Of a DNA stretch of 64,000 bases, positions 38,758-48,476 are shown piece after piece. Below the pieces are notes generated by a model. That model was given only the letters and a program-made list of their open reading frames with translations. It was not told where the DNA came from and did no database searches. Numbering within the stretch: position 1 is the first letter of the stretch; each line of letters begins with the position of its first letter. The stretch is from Flavobacteriia bacterium. Its GTDB lineage: Bacteria; Bacteroidota; Bacteroidia; Flavobacteriales_D; Crocinitomicaceae. Position numbers and translations under genes: made by a program. Location: the NCBI GenBank assembly GCA_947450325.1, contig CANFUT010000008.1, positions 30,211-94,210 on the forward strand, read 5' to 3'.

Positions 38758-39543
38758 TTATTCTTTTTTAAATTTAATAATCACGTTAGACAAAGTTACT
38801 TTTTGATCCTTATTAAATACATTTAATATCTCAATCAATTCAAGGTCAAAATGCTTTCCTTTTGAGTTTGGATGAAGCGTTTTTTTAGGCCATCTCATTG
38901 AAAATAAAGTCTCCCAATTATCTTGACCGTTTTTTATTTCCATTTTTAGCGTATTTGACGTTAAGAAGTATCTACCCGAATGATTGATTCCATTGATTGA
39001 CACACTTAAACTATCATTATTAAAGAAACTAATTTTGGTACTATATGCACTAAATACAGAATCTAAGATTTGATCATCTTTGTCAAACGGAATCATTTTT
39101 TCCTTTATCCAAGTTCCAATAAGCAAAGATTTTAGTTGTTTAAGATTACCATCCTCACATTGACATTTTCCAAAGGGAACGGGATCTATAGGTTTTATTT
39201 TACCGATTGATGACTTAATGAAATTACCATTTTTATCGTATTTTTCTTTAACTACTTTTGAAGGTTGCAAAAGTAACGTCCATGTATTCACATCATCTAA
39301 AAAACCTTTTTCCTTCAATTCCCCATTTCTATAATACTTTTCGTAAGGACCATACAAAAAACCATGCACATAAGTTTTGTATAATTTTGGTTTTCCATTG
39401 GAATAGTATTTGAAGACTTTTCCGTGAAGACATGTGTTAGAGTCAATAGAATTCGGAATAACATCTTGACCAAAGGATTGTCCCATGCTAAAAACTAGTA
39501 TCAATATTGTAACGTAGCTCTTCATTTGCAGATTATAATGCAT
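38758..39543 (-). CDS. secreted protein with YwqK/MORN-variant repeats
   Basis: 'KVFKYYSNGKPKLYKTYVHGFLYGPYEKYYRNGELKEKGF' (YwqK-antitoxin-like repeats). The signal peptide suggests a start at MKSYVTIL (39525). Confidence 0.55.
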   Translation of the reverse strand: MHYNLQMKSYVTILILVFSMGQSFGQDVIPNSIDSNTCLHGKVFKYYSNGKPKLYKTYVHGFLYGPYEKYYRNGELKEKGFLDDVNTWTLLLQPSKVVKEKYDKNGNFIKSSIGKIKPIDPVPFGKCQCEDGNLKQLKSLLIGTWIKEKMIPFDKDDQILDSVFSAYSTKISFFNNDSLSVSINGINHSGRYFLTSNTLKMEIKNGQDNWETLFSMRWPKKTLHPNSKGKHFDLELIEILNVFNKDQKVTLSNVIIKFKKE

Positions 39544-39552
39544 ATTCCTTTA

Positions 39553-40134
39553 TCATTTAATTTTGAAAGTTTTTAGCGATTGAAGCATAATTGACATATT
39601 TTTCTTTAAATCTTCAGTTTGAGACGCTTCTGCTGTAAGGAAGTAAAAAAATCCTTGTTCATCACTGTTCAAAATGAAACTAATTATTTCCGTTTCACCG
39701 TAATTTCCAGTATTTGATTTAGTATGAATGAAATAGGCAGGATAACTTAATACATCTGTTTTTCCCGATTCTACCATTTTTAATCCCTTAGATTGATTTT
39801 TTGATAATTTTAATAAGTAATTATATTCAGTTTGTAAGTTGTTTGAATTACTTTGGCTTTTGATTTTTTGAATAGAAATCACATCAAAATGACCACCTTT
39901 ATCGGCTGGTGAAATTGCATTTGCCATGATAATCATGTTCTTTCCATCACAATCTTCATCTTCACTTTTCCAATTCCACCAAATAGGAATCATAAGAGAG
40001 AAACTATTGGAATCCAATACCACTTTTTGCTTTTCAAATTCAACAGTAGTATCAATGAATTGATTTAAAGTAATGTCTTCCTGAGCACAAGAACTAAGTG
40101 CAAATAGAAAAAGAAATATAGAGAAATAGTTCAT
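39553..40134 (-). CDS. hypothetical lipoprotein
   Basis: 'IFLFLFALSSCAQ' lipobox; 193 aa. Confidence 0.55.
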   Translation of the reverse strand: MNYFSIFLFLFALSSCAQEDITLNQFIDTTVEFEKQKVVLDSNSFSLMIPIWWNWKSEDEDCDGKNMIIMANAISPADKGGHFDVISIQKIKSQSNSNNLQTEYNYLLKLSKNQSKGLKMVESGKTDVLSYPAYFIHTKSNTGNYGETEIISFILNSDEQGFFYFLTAEASQTEDLKKNMSIMLQSLKTFKIK

Positions 40135-40164
40135 AAGTAGTTTAACGTTTTTGATTACGACATT

Positions 40165-40337
40165 CCGCCGCCTTAATGTTAAGTTGTAAATATATTGAAT
40201 TATCCTTTTAGTAAATTCTGACTTAGAAAAATAAAACCAGCTATTGAGTGAAATCAGCTGTTATGTATCTTAAAAATTTGTCTCATAAAGTGACGCTGTC
40301 GCCCACCACAATCAATGGCATTTTAGTGCCGGTCATA
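40165..40337 (-). repeat. decayed duplicate of the helicase 3' end plus its downstream sequence
   Basis: Block 40182-40212 matches 41061-41091 (AGTTGTAAATATA..GAATTATCCTTTTAGT). Block 40287-40335 matches 41213-41262 (AAAGTGAC.CTGTCGCCCACCACAATCAAT.GC.TTTT.G.GC.GGTCAT), which is helicase coding sequence. Confidence 0.75.
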
Positions 40338-41007
40338 CAAATTTCGATTCTCTTGTTAATTTACTTTTGTCTAAGTTCAAGTCATTACAGAACCAGTCAG
40401 TCAATACTTTTTCAATCTCACTTCTGTTAAATGACTTTGGGTTTCGTCTTGATTTTAGATAATTTTCTCTTGTCATTTTTTCGGCAACTTGTCCAACGCT
40501 TTGCAAGTCAAGTTTGTTTCCGATTTTATTTACTAACCAAAGTCCAGCGATTGAAAAACCAAGTCCTAAAAGTCCGATTTGCCAATTAAAGTAAAGTCCA
40601 ATTAAAGATGCGATAAAAATAGTTGCCAGTGTTCCTGTAACCCAATGAGGCGGGCGCAAAATGTTAAGTTTAAAACCTAAATGTTTTTCTAATTTCTTAG
40701 TTCTTGAACGTCTGCTTTGTCGTGGTAAAAGGTCAACAAGAATGGAATCAGGCGAAATTGTTTTACTGTCAATTTGAAGTGTTGTTGATATTGCATCACG
40801 AAGTTTGTAAAATGCTTGTTGGCTTGTGCAATCGTCTGAATTGTCAAGCTGGATTTTGTTTGCAATGTGGTCGCAAAGTTGTCCAAAGGTCGTAATTTGC
40901 AATAACTCATCACCAACAAACTTGATGTCAAATGAATCCTCAACTTTTTCAAGTAAGTCTTCAAGGTCTTCAAAGTCGATATCTTTAAGTTCGTATTCTG
41001 CTGTCAT
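40333..41007 (-). CDS. hypothetical membrane protein with ACP-like N-terminal domain lacking the phosphopantetheine Ser
   Basis: 'DFEDLEDLLEKVEDSFDIKFVGDELLQITTFGQLCDHI' resembles ACP helices II-IV without a DSL serine. Two TM helices follow: 'TLATIFIASLIGLYF' and 'LLGLGFSIAGLWLV'. Confidence 0.5.
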   Translation of the reverse strand: MTAEYELKDIDFEDLEDLLEKVEDSFDIKFVGDELLQITTFGQLCDHIANKIQLDNSDDCTSQQAFYKLRDAISTTLQIDSKTISPDSILVDLLPRQSRRSRTKKLEKHLGFKLNILRPPHWVTGTLATIFIASLIGLYFNWQIGLLGLGFSIAGLWLVNKIGNKLDLQSVGQVAEKMTRENYLKSRRNPKSFNRSEIEKVLTDWFCNDLNLDKSKLTRESKFV

Positions 41008-41127
41008 AGTATTTCTTGTAACTTGCCGCAGATTTACGCAATAGCGGCAACTTCGTAGTTAGTTGTAAATATATAGAATTATCCTTTTAGTGCTTTCCGG
41101 CTGAGAAAATTAAAACCATTTCCAAAC

Positions 41128-43011
41128 CTACCCCATAAACTCCCAAGCACTCCCATAACTCCCCACACTTTCACTGTGCAACAAAAACGCTCCAAAAAAC
41201 GGATCGTTGCCAAAAGTGACACTGTCGCCCACCACAATCAATTGCGTTTTGGCGCGGGTCATGGCGACGTTCATTCGGCGGTAATCTTTCAGGAATCCCA
41301 AATTGCATTCGTCGTTGGAGCGTACGAGGGAAATGAAGACAATTTCGCATTCTTGTCCTTGAAAGCTGTCCACGGTGGAGATGCGCAGGTTTTTGGGGAA
41401 ACGTTCTTTTGCGAGCGCCACTTGACCAGAGTAGGGCGTAATCAAGGCGCAATGGTCGAGGTTGAATTGGTTTTGCTCCATGATTTTTTCGATGATTTCC
41501 AGTTCGCCCACGTTCGATAAACTGCCACTTTCAGACGCTTGTTCCTCTTGAAAACCAGTTCCTGCGGTGTCGAAATATTGAAAATGAATGCCTGTGTTTT
41601 GCAGAAACGGCGGTGTTTCCAATTTTCCTTCGTAGAAATAATTATTCGGAAAATCTACAATCGCTTGTCGCATGCGGTATTGCGTTCGGAGCAGGTATTT
41701 TTGCGGATGTTTTTCGAGCATCACTTCCAAAAAGGATTTGTTGTAGCCGTTTTTCATCGCTTGCTCTGAAATCACAGTCGGCGGCAATTGCAAATGATCT
41801 CCAGCCAACACCAAACGTTGCACATTTTTGATCGCCACCCAAGCCAAACTTTCCAAACATTGTCCTGCTTCGTCAATCAACAAGGTGTTGAATTCCATTT
41901 TTTGCAGCGATTTGTCGTTCAAACCAACAGGTGTTCCGCAGATTACTTTGGTTTCAGAAATCCATTTTTCAGCATAAAAATCTTGCAAGGCGCGAATTTC
42001 TTTGCGGATGTTTTTCACTTCTTGAATCAACAATTTGCGCTGATCGCGGTCGTCTTTGCCAAAATGACGTTTGTATTGGTGCGACATTTTGCGGTATTCT
42101 TCCGCTTGGATGCGCATTTTTTTGATTTGCTTTTGCTCGTTTCCAAGCGCCATTTTCCCTTCCAAGGTATAAGGCAAAAGTTCAGGCGACATTTTGGTTT
42201 GATTGCCAATTCTCAGTGTCGAAATACCTTGTTTGATGAGTTGCAAAGCGATGTGATCTGTGGCAGCATTGCTCGGCGCGCAAACCAATACTTTTTCGCC
42301 ATTTTTGACCAATTCCGCAATCGACGCCACCAAAGTCGTTGTTTTTCCAGTTCCCGGAGGACCGTGAACAATCACAATCGGTTCATTTCCATTGATTTTC
42401 GAAAGCGCTTCTTGCTGACTTTCATTCAGTTTTTCGTTGATTTCAACGGCATGTTTTTTAGGTTCGGGCAAAAAATCGGCGTTATTTTGGTGCACATACG
42501 TGAAAAATGGAAATGCATCAGCAGATTTTCCGTTGTCCAAAGATTGCAAAACGGCAGTGATGATTTCCTGCGTTTTGGTGTCGGGCGTCAATTTGATTCC
42601 TACACCGTGGTCTTCGATCCAATCTGGAAAATCGGGCGCAAAAATGCGTGCTTCGCCATTGCCACCGTTGATTCCGAGTAAAATTCCCTTGATGGAAGTT
42701 TCATTTTCAAAAAACAATTCGATGGCAGTTCCGTCTCTGAAATTGTCGGTTTGTTGACTTTGCGGAATCTTGAACGAAAATTCGGGATATTCCGCAAAAC
42801 CGTAAGATTTTCGTGTGATTTTAATCGGATGCAAGGCCAATCCATCTCTTTTCAAACTTTTGATTCCGCCAGCATCTTTGACAGAAAATCGTTCAACTTG
42901 TGCTTTTTCTTCAAGTATTAAATTGTCAAGTAAAAACTGAATGTGCGGATCTTTGGCTTGCATGGAATGAATTTGACGCAAATTTCGTAGAATTTTCGGA
43001 AGCTTTGCCAA
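41128..43011 (-). CDS. SF1 helicase, Upf1/DNA2-like (AAA_11/AAA_12 type)
   Basis: 'VHGPPGTGKTTT', 'LLIDEAGQ', 'GDHLQLPPT', 'TVDSFQGQECEIVFISLVRSN' and 'NVAMTRAK'. Confidence 0.85.
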   Translation of the reverse strand: MAKLPKILRNLRQIHSMQAKDPHIQFLLDNLILEEKAQVERFSVKDAGGIKSLKRDGLALHPIKITRKSYGFAEYPEFSFKIPQSQQTDNFRDGTAIELFFENETSIKGILLGINGGNGEARIFAPDFPDWIEDHGVGIKLTPDTKTQEIITAVLQSLDNGKSADAFPFFTYVHQNNADFLPEPKKHAVEINEKLNESQQEALSKINGNEPIVIVHGPPGTGKTTTLVASIAELVKNGEKVLVCAPSNAATDHIALQLIKQGISTLRIGNQTKMSPELLPYTLEGKMALGNEQKQIKKMRIQAEEYRKMSHQYKRHFGKDDRDQRKLLIQEVKNIRKEIRALQDFYAEKWISETKVICGTPVGLNDKSLQKMEFNTLLIDEAGQCLESLAWVAIKNVQRLVLAGDHLQLPPTVISEQAMKNGYNKSFLEVMLEKHPQKYLLRTQYRMRQAIVDFPNNYFYEGKLETPPFLQNTGIHFQYFDTAGTGFQEEQASESGSLSNVGELEIIEKIMEQNQFNLDHCALITPYSGQVALAKERFPKNLRISTVDSFQGQECEIVFISLVRSNDECNLGFLKDYRRMNVAMTRAKTQLIVVGDSVTFGNDPFFGAFLLHSESVGSYGSAWEFMG

Positions 43012-43096
43012 TTAAACTTAAAATACGCGCTCAATATTTGGTAACTGGTTCAATGATTGCATTTTTGAACGTATTTTACCATAAAATTCCACGATA

Positions 43097-45110
43097 TTGA
43101 ACAATCAAGAAAAAGAAAAACAATCGCTTCACGCAATATTTCGAAAATTAGCGCAAGACAGTGAAGATGAAGAATTGCGGTTCTTGATTGATTTGGTGAA
43201 TTACTTCCGACCGAAAGGAAAAAGTCAGAATCAGTATTTTTCAATTCGAGCATTGATCGATTTTTTGAATGAAAATCCAACATTCATTGATCCTTTTCGG
43301 GCTTATTTGTACGAAGTTTTTGAAGGAAAAACGTTCAGAAATCTGCTTTCAGACGCAGGAATTTTGCAAAACACGCACTTTTTTCAAGAAATCAAGAAAA
43401 GGTCGATTGCCAAGATTTTACCGTTTCAACCAGATAGAAATACGCTTGAATTTGTATTGAATCAAATTTTTTATTCGCGGAAAGATTACGATTGGTTGTC
43501 TAAGATTCCGACAGATGAAATGCTCGCACTGTATGAATTGTTGCAGTTGGGTTCGATGTACGACCGCAAAACGGAGCAATCGATGCTCAATGAGTTGCTG
43601 CAATCGATGCGATTGATCATGCAACGAATGAGCGGCAGGGCCTTGGAAACGGATGTCATCAAAATGATTCCAGAATATGAAAATTACGACAGTCCTTTTG
43701 AAGTCTTGGAGAAAGAATTTGATTTGATTGAAGCCACGTTGATTTCCGATGAAACGTATTTTTTGAATTCCGAGGATATTGATTACAAGCAGATTAATAT
43801 CATTTTGGTTCAATGCGAAGATTTTGTCAATCAAGCATATAAAAACAGTTCGCGCTTCGGAATTTCATTGAATGTGAATCAAAGTTTATTGAGAATTAGA
43901 CAACAGATTAAAAGACTGAAATCCATTTTTCCGTATTTGGTACTTGATTTAGAAGAAGATAAAAAGCTCAAAAGCGTTTCTTTTTTCCTGTGTTTGGTGA
44001 AATACAATTGCATGAAAAACAACGTGCGCAAATTGATCAATGAAAGCACGCAGTTGATTGCCTACGAAATCACGCAACACACGGCAAAAACGGGTGAACA
44101 TTACATCACCAAAGGAAGCAATGAATATTTCAACATGTTGTCCAGCGCGATTGGCGGCGGCGTGATTGTGGGAATTTTGTGCGTGATAAAATTGTTGCTT
44201 TCTAAGGTGGAAACGAGCGATTTTGGTCATGCGATTTTGTACAGTTTAAATTATGCGATTGGATTTACAGCGATTTATTTGTTGGGTTACACCTTGGCAA
44301 CAAAACAACCAGCAATGACGGCAGCGGCCTTGATTCAGTCCATTGAAAAAGACCAATTCAATACCAAAGACCAAAAATATAAATCCTTCGCGAATTTATT
44401 TGCAAGGCTTTTTCGTTCGCAGTTTATTGCGTTTGTCGGCAATGTGATTTTCGCTTTTCCGGTGGCACTTTTGATTATTTATGGCGTTGATTACGCTTTT
44501 GGATTGTCGATTCCCGATGAAAAATGGGATCATTTGTTGACTGATTTAAGTCCGATTCATTCCGCGGCGATTTTCCATGCGGCGATTGCAGGATTGTTCT
44601 TGTTCCTGTCGGGAATTATTTCTGGAAGTGTTTCCAATTCAAACAAGCACAACAAATTGTATTTCAGAATTCAAGAAAATCCGACCTTGAAAATGAGTTT
44701 TGGAAAACGAAAAACGGCGCAAATTGCCCAATGGTTTGAACGACGATGGGCGGGAGTTTCTTCCAACATTTGGTTTGGCTTTTTTCATGGGAACAACCGC
44801 TTCCATCGGCATCTTTTTGGGACTGAATTTAGACATTCGCCACATCACTTTTGCCAGCGGAAATCTCGCTTTGGGATTGTACGGAAATGGTTTTCAAATT
44901 TCAAATTCCATGCTTTTTTGGGGCATTTTTGGCATTGGAATTATCGGCTTTGTCAATTTTATCGTCAGCTTTTTACTGTCGCTTTTCCTCGCTTTTCGTT
45001 CGCGAAATATCCCAACAAGCGACTTGAGATTTTTATTCAAAGCCGTTTGGAATCATTTCAAAGCGCATCCGATGTTGTTTTTCTTTCCGGTCAGATCCAA
45101 AAGAAATTGA
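43097..45110 (+). CDS. large polytopic membrane protein (resembles the 'putative site-specific recombinase transmembrane protein' family; tentative), apparently frameshifted
   Basis: Frame 1 is plausible up to about 44785 and then turns into His/Arg/Phe-rich nonsense. The ORF 44700..45110 in another frame continues with a TM-like sequence. Removing one T from T6 (44780-44785) joins ...NIWFGFF to MGTTASIGIFLGLNLDIRHITF.... Confidence 0.6.
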
Positions 45111-46304
45111 TTATGAAACCAAATTAGATTCTCTGTCAAATCGTTTGTAAGAAAACAAAATCGCAAGCAAAGCCAAACTGGTCATGACGCCAAAACTTAA
45201 AAGCAACAATCCTATATCAAGTGTTCCTGCAATCAATTCTTTGGTTGCCAAAACGACATTTACGACTGGAATACAAGCTGTAATTGCATTCAATTCAATT
45301 CCTGGGAAAAATCCGACCATCGCAGGTAAAATCATCACCATATTCAACGGCGTGATAATACTTTGCGCTTCTTTGAAACTTTTCGCGTAAACGGTAATTG
45401 GAATCATGACACCTGCGAAAAATACGATCAATGGAATCAGTAGCAAGTACATCAACAAGATAAATTTTACGGTCAAAATTTGATGGATAATCTCCAACAA
45501 TTTTGGATCCTTAACAATTTGAAAAACTTCGATGGAGAGAAAAATTCCCAATAGAGTGAAAGTTGCCGCCATGACACCTGATAGCACCACAACGCCCATT
45601 TTTCCTAGTAAAATTTGCAATCTTGAAACGGGAGTTGTCAGCAAAGTTTCCAATGTTCCGCGTTCTTTTTCACCTGTAAAAAGGTCAATCGCAGGATACA
45701 TGCAACCGATAAATCCAAAAACGATGAACAAGTAAGGCAAAAATCCACCGATTAATTTTCCGACTGTTTCTTTGTCTGAAGCGACATTTCTGTAGTCAAA
45801 AGCAATCGGAGACAAGGAAGCAGGATCTACTTTCAACGCAACATATCGTTTTGCCTTTTCCATTTCCTCAAAAGCGTTTAAAAATGTTTCGGCGCGCTCT
45901 TTCATGCCGAGTTCGGTTGCGTTGAAGAAAACTTTGAATTTGGAAGTTTTATTTTCAATGGAATTTTTGGCAAAATCTTCAGGCACAAAAACGCCAAACT
46001 GCAGTCTGTTTTCTTGCACGTGTTTTTGAACAGTTGCTGAATCGTGGTAAACAAAAACCTTTTTCTTACCGAGTATTTTCGGCATGTTTTCGATGGTTTT
46101 TACAAAATTCATGTTTTCTGGCGTCACGACAATTCCGATATTCACCGTTTTGTTGGCAACATCTTTGGCGAATCCTTCTGAGACTTTCAAAAATACCGTC
46201 ATAATCACAGGAAAGATAAAAATAGGAATGACAATCATGGTCATCAATGTTCTTCTATCTCTCAGTGTATCTTTGAGTTCTTTCTTAAAAATAGTTGAAA
46301 TCAT
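45111..46304 (-). CDS. ABC-2 type transporter permease (NatB-like)
   Basis: 397 aa with an N-terminal TM, a large extracytoplasmic loop and 5 C-terminal TMs. It overlaps the ATPase gene stop by 4 nt. Confidence 0.8.
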   Translation of the reverse strand: MISTIFKKELKDTLRDRRTLMTMIVIPIFIFPVIMTVFLKVSEGFAKDVANKTVNIGIVVTPENMNFVKTIENMPKILGKKKVFVYHDSATVQKHVQENRLQFGVFVPEDFAKNSIENKTSKFKVFFNATELGMKERAETFLNAFEEMEKAKRYVALKVDPASLSPIAFDYRNVASDKETVGKLIGGFLPYLFIVFGFIGCMYPAIDLFTGEKERGTLETLLTTPVSRLQILLGKMGVVVLSGVMAATFTLLGIFLSIEVFQIVKDPKLLEIIHQILTVKFILLMYLLLIPLIVFFAGVMIPITVYAKSFKEAQSIITPLNMVMILPAMVGFFPGIELNAITACIPVVNVVLATKELIAGTLDIGLLLLSFGVMTSLALLAILFSYKRFDRESNLVS

Positions 46305-47098
46305 ACCGTTTTATTTTCGTTGATTATTCTAATAAATTCTGCGGTCAAATTGGGCGTTTGCATTTCACTTCTGAAATTTTCCATTGTTCCTTGGTGTACA
46401 ATTTTTCCTTGGTGCACAATCGCTAAATCGTCGCACAACAAATCCACTTCACTCATGATGTGACTCGAAAAAATGACCGTTTTTCCTTGGTCTTTGCAAT
46501 CGCGAATCAATTTGATGATATTTTCTGCCGTGATGACATCCAAACCACTTGTTGGCTCATCGAAAATCACAATTTCTGGGTCGTGAATCATCGTTCTGCA
46601 AATGGAAACTTTTTGTTTCATTCCAGTACTCAATTTTCCAATGCGTTTGTTTTGAAAGTGATTCATGTCCAATAAATCGTACAATCTATTTTTTCGCTCA
46701 GTGAAATCCGCTTTTGAAACGCCGTACAAATTAGCATAATATTCAATGATTTCATTCGGCGTCAATCTTGCGTACAAGCCAGTTGAACCAGTCAAAAATC
46801 CAATTTTTTTGCGTGCTTCCTGCGGATTAGCAATTGCGTCGATTCCAGCAATGGTAATTGAACCGTTCGTTGGTTTGAAAAGCGTTGAAAGCATGCGCAT
46901 CGTAGTGGTTTTTCCCGCGCCATTTGGTCCAAGGAGCGAAAATATTCTACCAGGTTCACACGAAAAGCTGATGTCATCCACAGCCACTGCGATTTTAGAA
47001 TCTGTTGCCAATTCTTTGCGTTGCTGCTTGGACAATTCAAATTCTTTTCGAAGATTTTTAACTTCAATCATAGCATCAATTTGAGTAGTATGAAACAA
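46301..47098 (-). CDS. ABC transporter ATP-binding protein (NatA-like)
   Basis: 'LLGPNGAGKTTT', 'LSTGMKQKV' and 'VIFDEPTSGLD'. The likely start is MIEVKNL at 47071. Confidence 0.9.
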   Translation of the reverse strand: MFHTTQIDAMIEVKNLRKEFELSKQQRKELATDSKIAVAVDDISFSCEPGRIFSLLGPNGAGKTTTMRMLSTLFKPTNGSITIAGIDAIANPQEARKKIGFLTGSTGLYARLTPNEIIEYYANLYGVSKADFTERKNRLYDLLDMNHFQNKRIGKLSTGMKQKVSICRTMIHDPEIVIFDEPTSGLDVITAENIIKLIRDCKDQGKTVIFSSHIMSEVDLLCDDLAIVHQGKIVHQGTMENFRSEMQTPNLTAEFIRIINENKTV

Positions 47099-47106
47099 TT
47101 TTAGGA

Positions 47107-48327
47107 TTACATTCCTAAAACCAGTAATTCAATATTTTTATATTTCAGATTAAAAACTTTGCCTAAAACTTCGCTGGTGAGCGTGCCTTTATACATGTAA
47201 ACGCCAGTTCTAAATCCGATGTCATTTTTGATTAATTCTTTGCAACCACCTTGATTTCCCATTTCCAATAGAATAGGAGAGAAGATGTTAGAAAGTGCAA
47301 ACGAAGCCGTTCTAGAAACCCTTGAAGCAATGTTTGGAACACAATAGTGAATGACTTCGTGTTTTGTAAATGTTGGATTGTTGTGATTGGTAACTTCCGA
47401 AGTTTCAAAACAACCGCCTTGGTCGATGCTCACGTCCACAATCACAGAACCTGCTTTCATGTCCATCACCATTTCTTCTGTCACGATACAAGGCGTTCTT
47501 CCCAAAGGAGCACGAATCGCACCGATGACAACGTCCGCTCTTTTAATCGATTTTGCCAAGACTTTTGGTTGCAATACGGAAGTGAAAATTCTTGTTCCAA
47601 TGTTGTTTTGCAAACGTCTCAATTTGGACAATGAACTGTCAAAAACCTTCACAGAAGCTCCTAAACCTAGCGCTGCTCTAACCGCAAATTCACCAACTGT
47701 TCCAGCGCCAATTACTACAACTTCTGTTGGTTGAACACCTGCAACGCCGCCCAGCATGATTCCTTTTCCACTTTCGAATGCAGAAAGTAATTCCGCAGCA
47801 ATTAAAATCGAAGTTGTTCCAGCAATTTCACCCATCGTTCTCACGACTGGATAAACGCCTTCTTCGTCTTGGATGTAATCCCAAGCAACTGCAGTGATTT
47901 TCTTTTGCATCAATTTTTGCAAAATTTCCTTTGGTTGCACAGAGATTTGCAAAGCAGAAATTAGCGTTTGATTTCCTGACATCAATTCCACTTCTTCCTC
48001 AGAAGGAGGAGCTACTTTGAAAATAATGTCACATTTGAAAATTTCTTTGATGTCGTAACAAATTTCAGCACCAGCTTCGCTGTATTCAGAATCCGAAAAA
48101 TTGGATAATTCGCCACTTTTGGTTTCAATCAAAACGCGGTGACCATTGGCAACTAACAATGATACAGCCTCAGGAACAAGCGCAACTCTTTTTTCTTGAA
48201 AGGATGTTTCCTTCGGAATCCCAATATTCAAATTTCCTTTTTTCCTAGCGATTTCAAGCATTTCTTCTTTTGGAAGTAAACTGCCTTCGCTGATAAGCTG
48301 TTTCAGAATATTCGGATCTGTAATCAT
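47107..48327 (-). CDS. alanine dehydrogenase/PNT-family NAD-binding dehydrogenase
   Basis: 406 aa with Rossmann motif 'VVVIGAGTVGEFA' and AlaDH/PNT N- and C-domain architecture. Substrate was not determinable by eye. Confidence 0.7.
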   Translation of the reverse strand: MITDPNILKQLISEGSLLPKEEMLEIARKKGNLNIGIPKETSFQEKRVALVPEAVSLLVANGHRVLIETKSGELSNFSDSEYSEAGAEICYDIKEIFKCDIIFKVAPPSEEEVELMSGNQTLISALQISVQPKEILQKLMQKKITAVAWDYIQDEEGVYPVVRTMGEIAGTTSILIAAELLSAFESGKGIMLGGVAGVQPTEVVVIGAGTVGEFAVRAALGLGASVKVFDSSLSKLRRLQNNIGTRIFTSVLQPKVLAKSIKRADVVIGAIRAPLGRTPCIVTEEMVMDMKAGSVIVDVSIDQGGCFETSEVTNHNNPTFTKHEVIHYCVPNIASRVSRTASFALSNIFSPILLEMGNQGGCKELIKNDIGFRTGVYMYKGTLTSEVLGKVFNLKYKNIELLVLGM

Positions 48328-48476
48328 GTTATTTCACAAGTTATTGTTCGACGTTTGTTTGAGTATTACGAATATACATGCAAAAATCCGTTTATTCAAT
48401 ACCGTTTGCGTAATTTTTTAATCGCAAACACTGTTGGCTATAAAAAAAATATTTTTGCTGATTATTAGCAATAAGT

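Noticed and set aside
41788-42681. A 297-aa plus-strand ORF, with several 60-115-aa ORFs on both strands, inside the helicase gene.
   Set aside because: The minus-strand frame carries the complete ordered SF1 motif set. The other ORFs are Arg/Phe/His-rich and lack motifs, as expected for shadow frames in a GC-richer gene.
44700-45110. A 136-aa ORF as an independent gene.
   Set aside because: Its first ~28 codons overlap the plausible frame-1 sequence. The remainder continues the upstream membrane protein once one T is removed at 44780-44785. It is treated as the displaced C-terminus.
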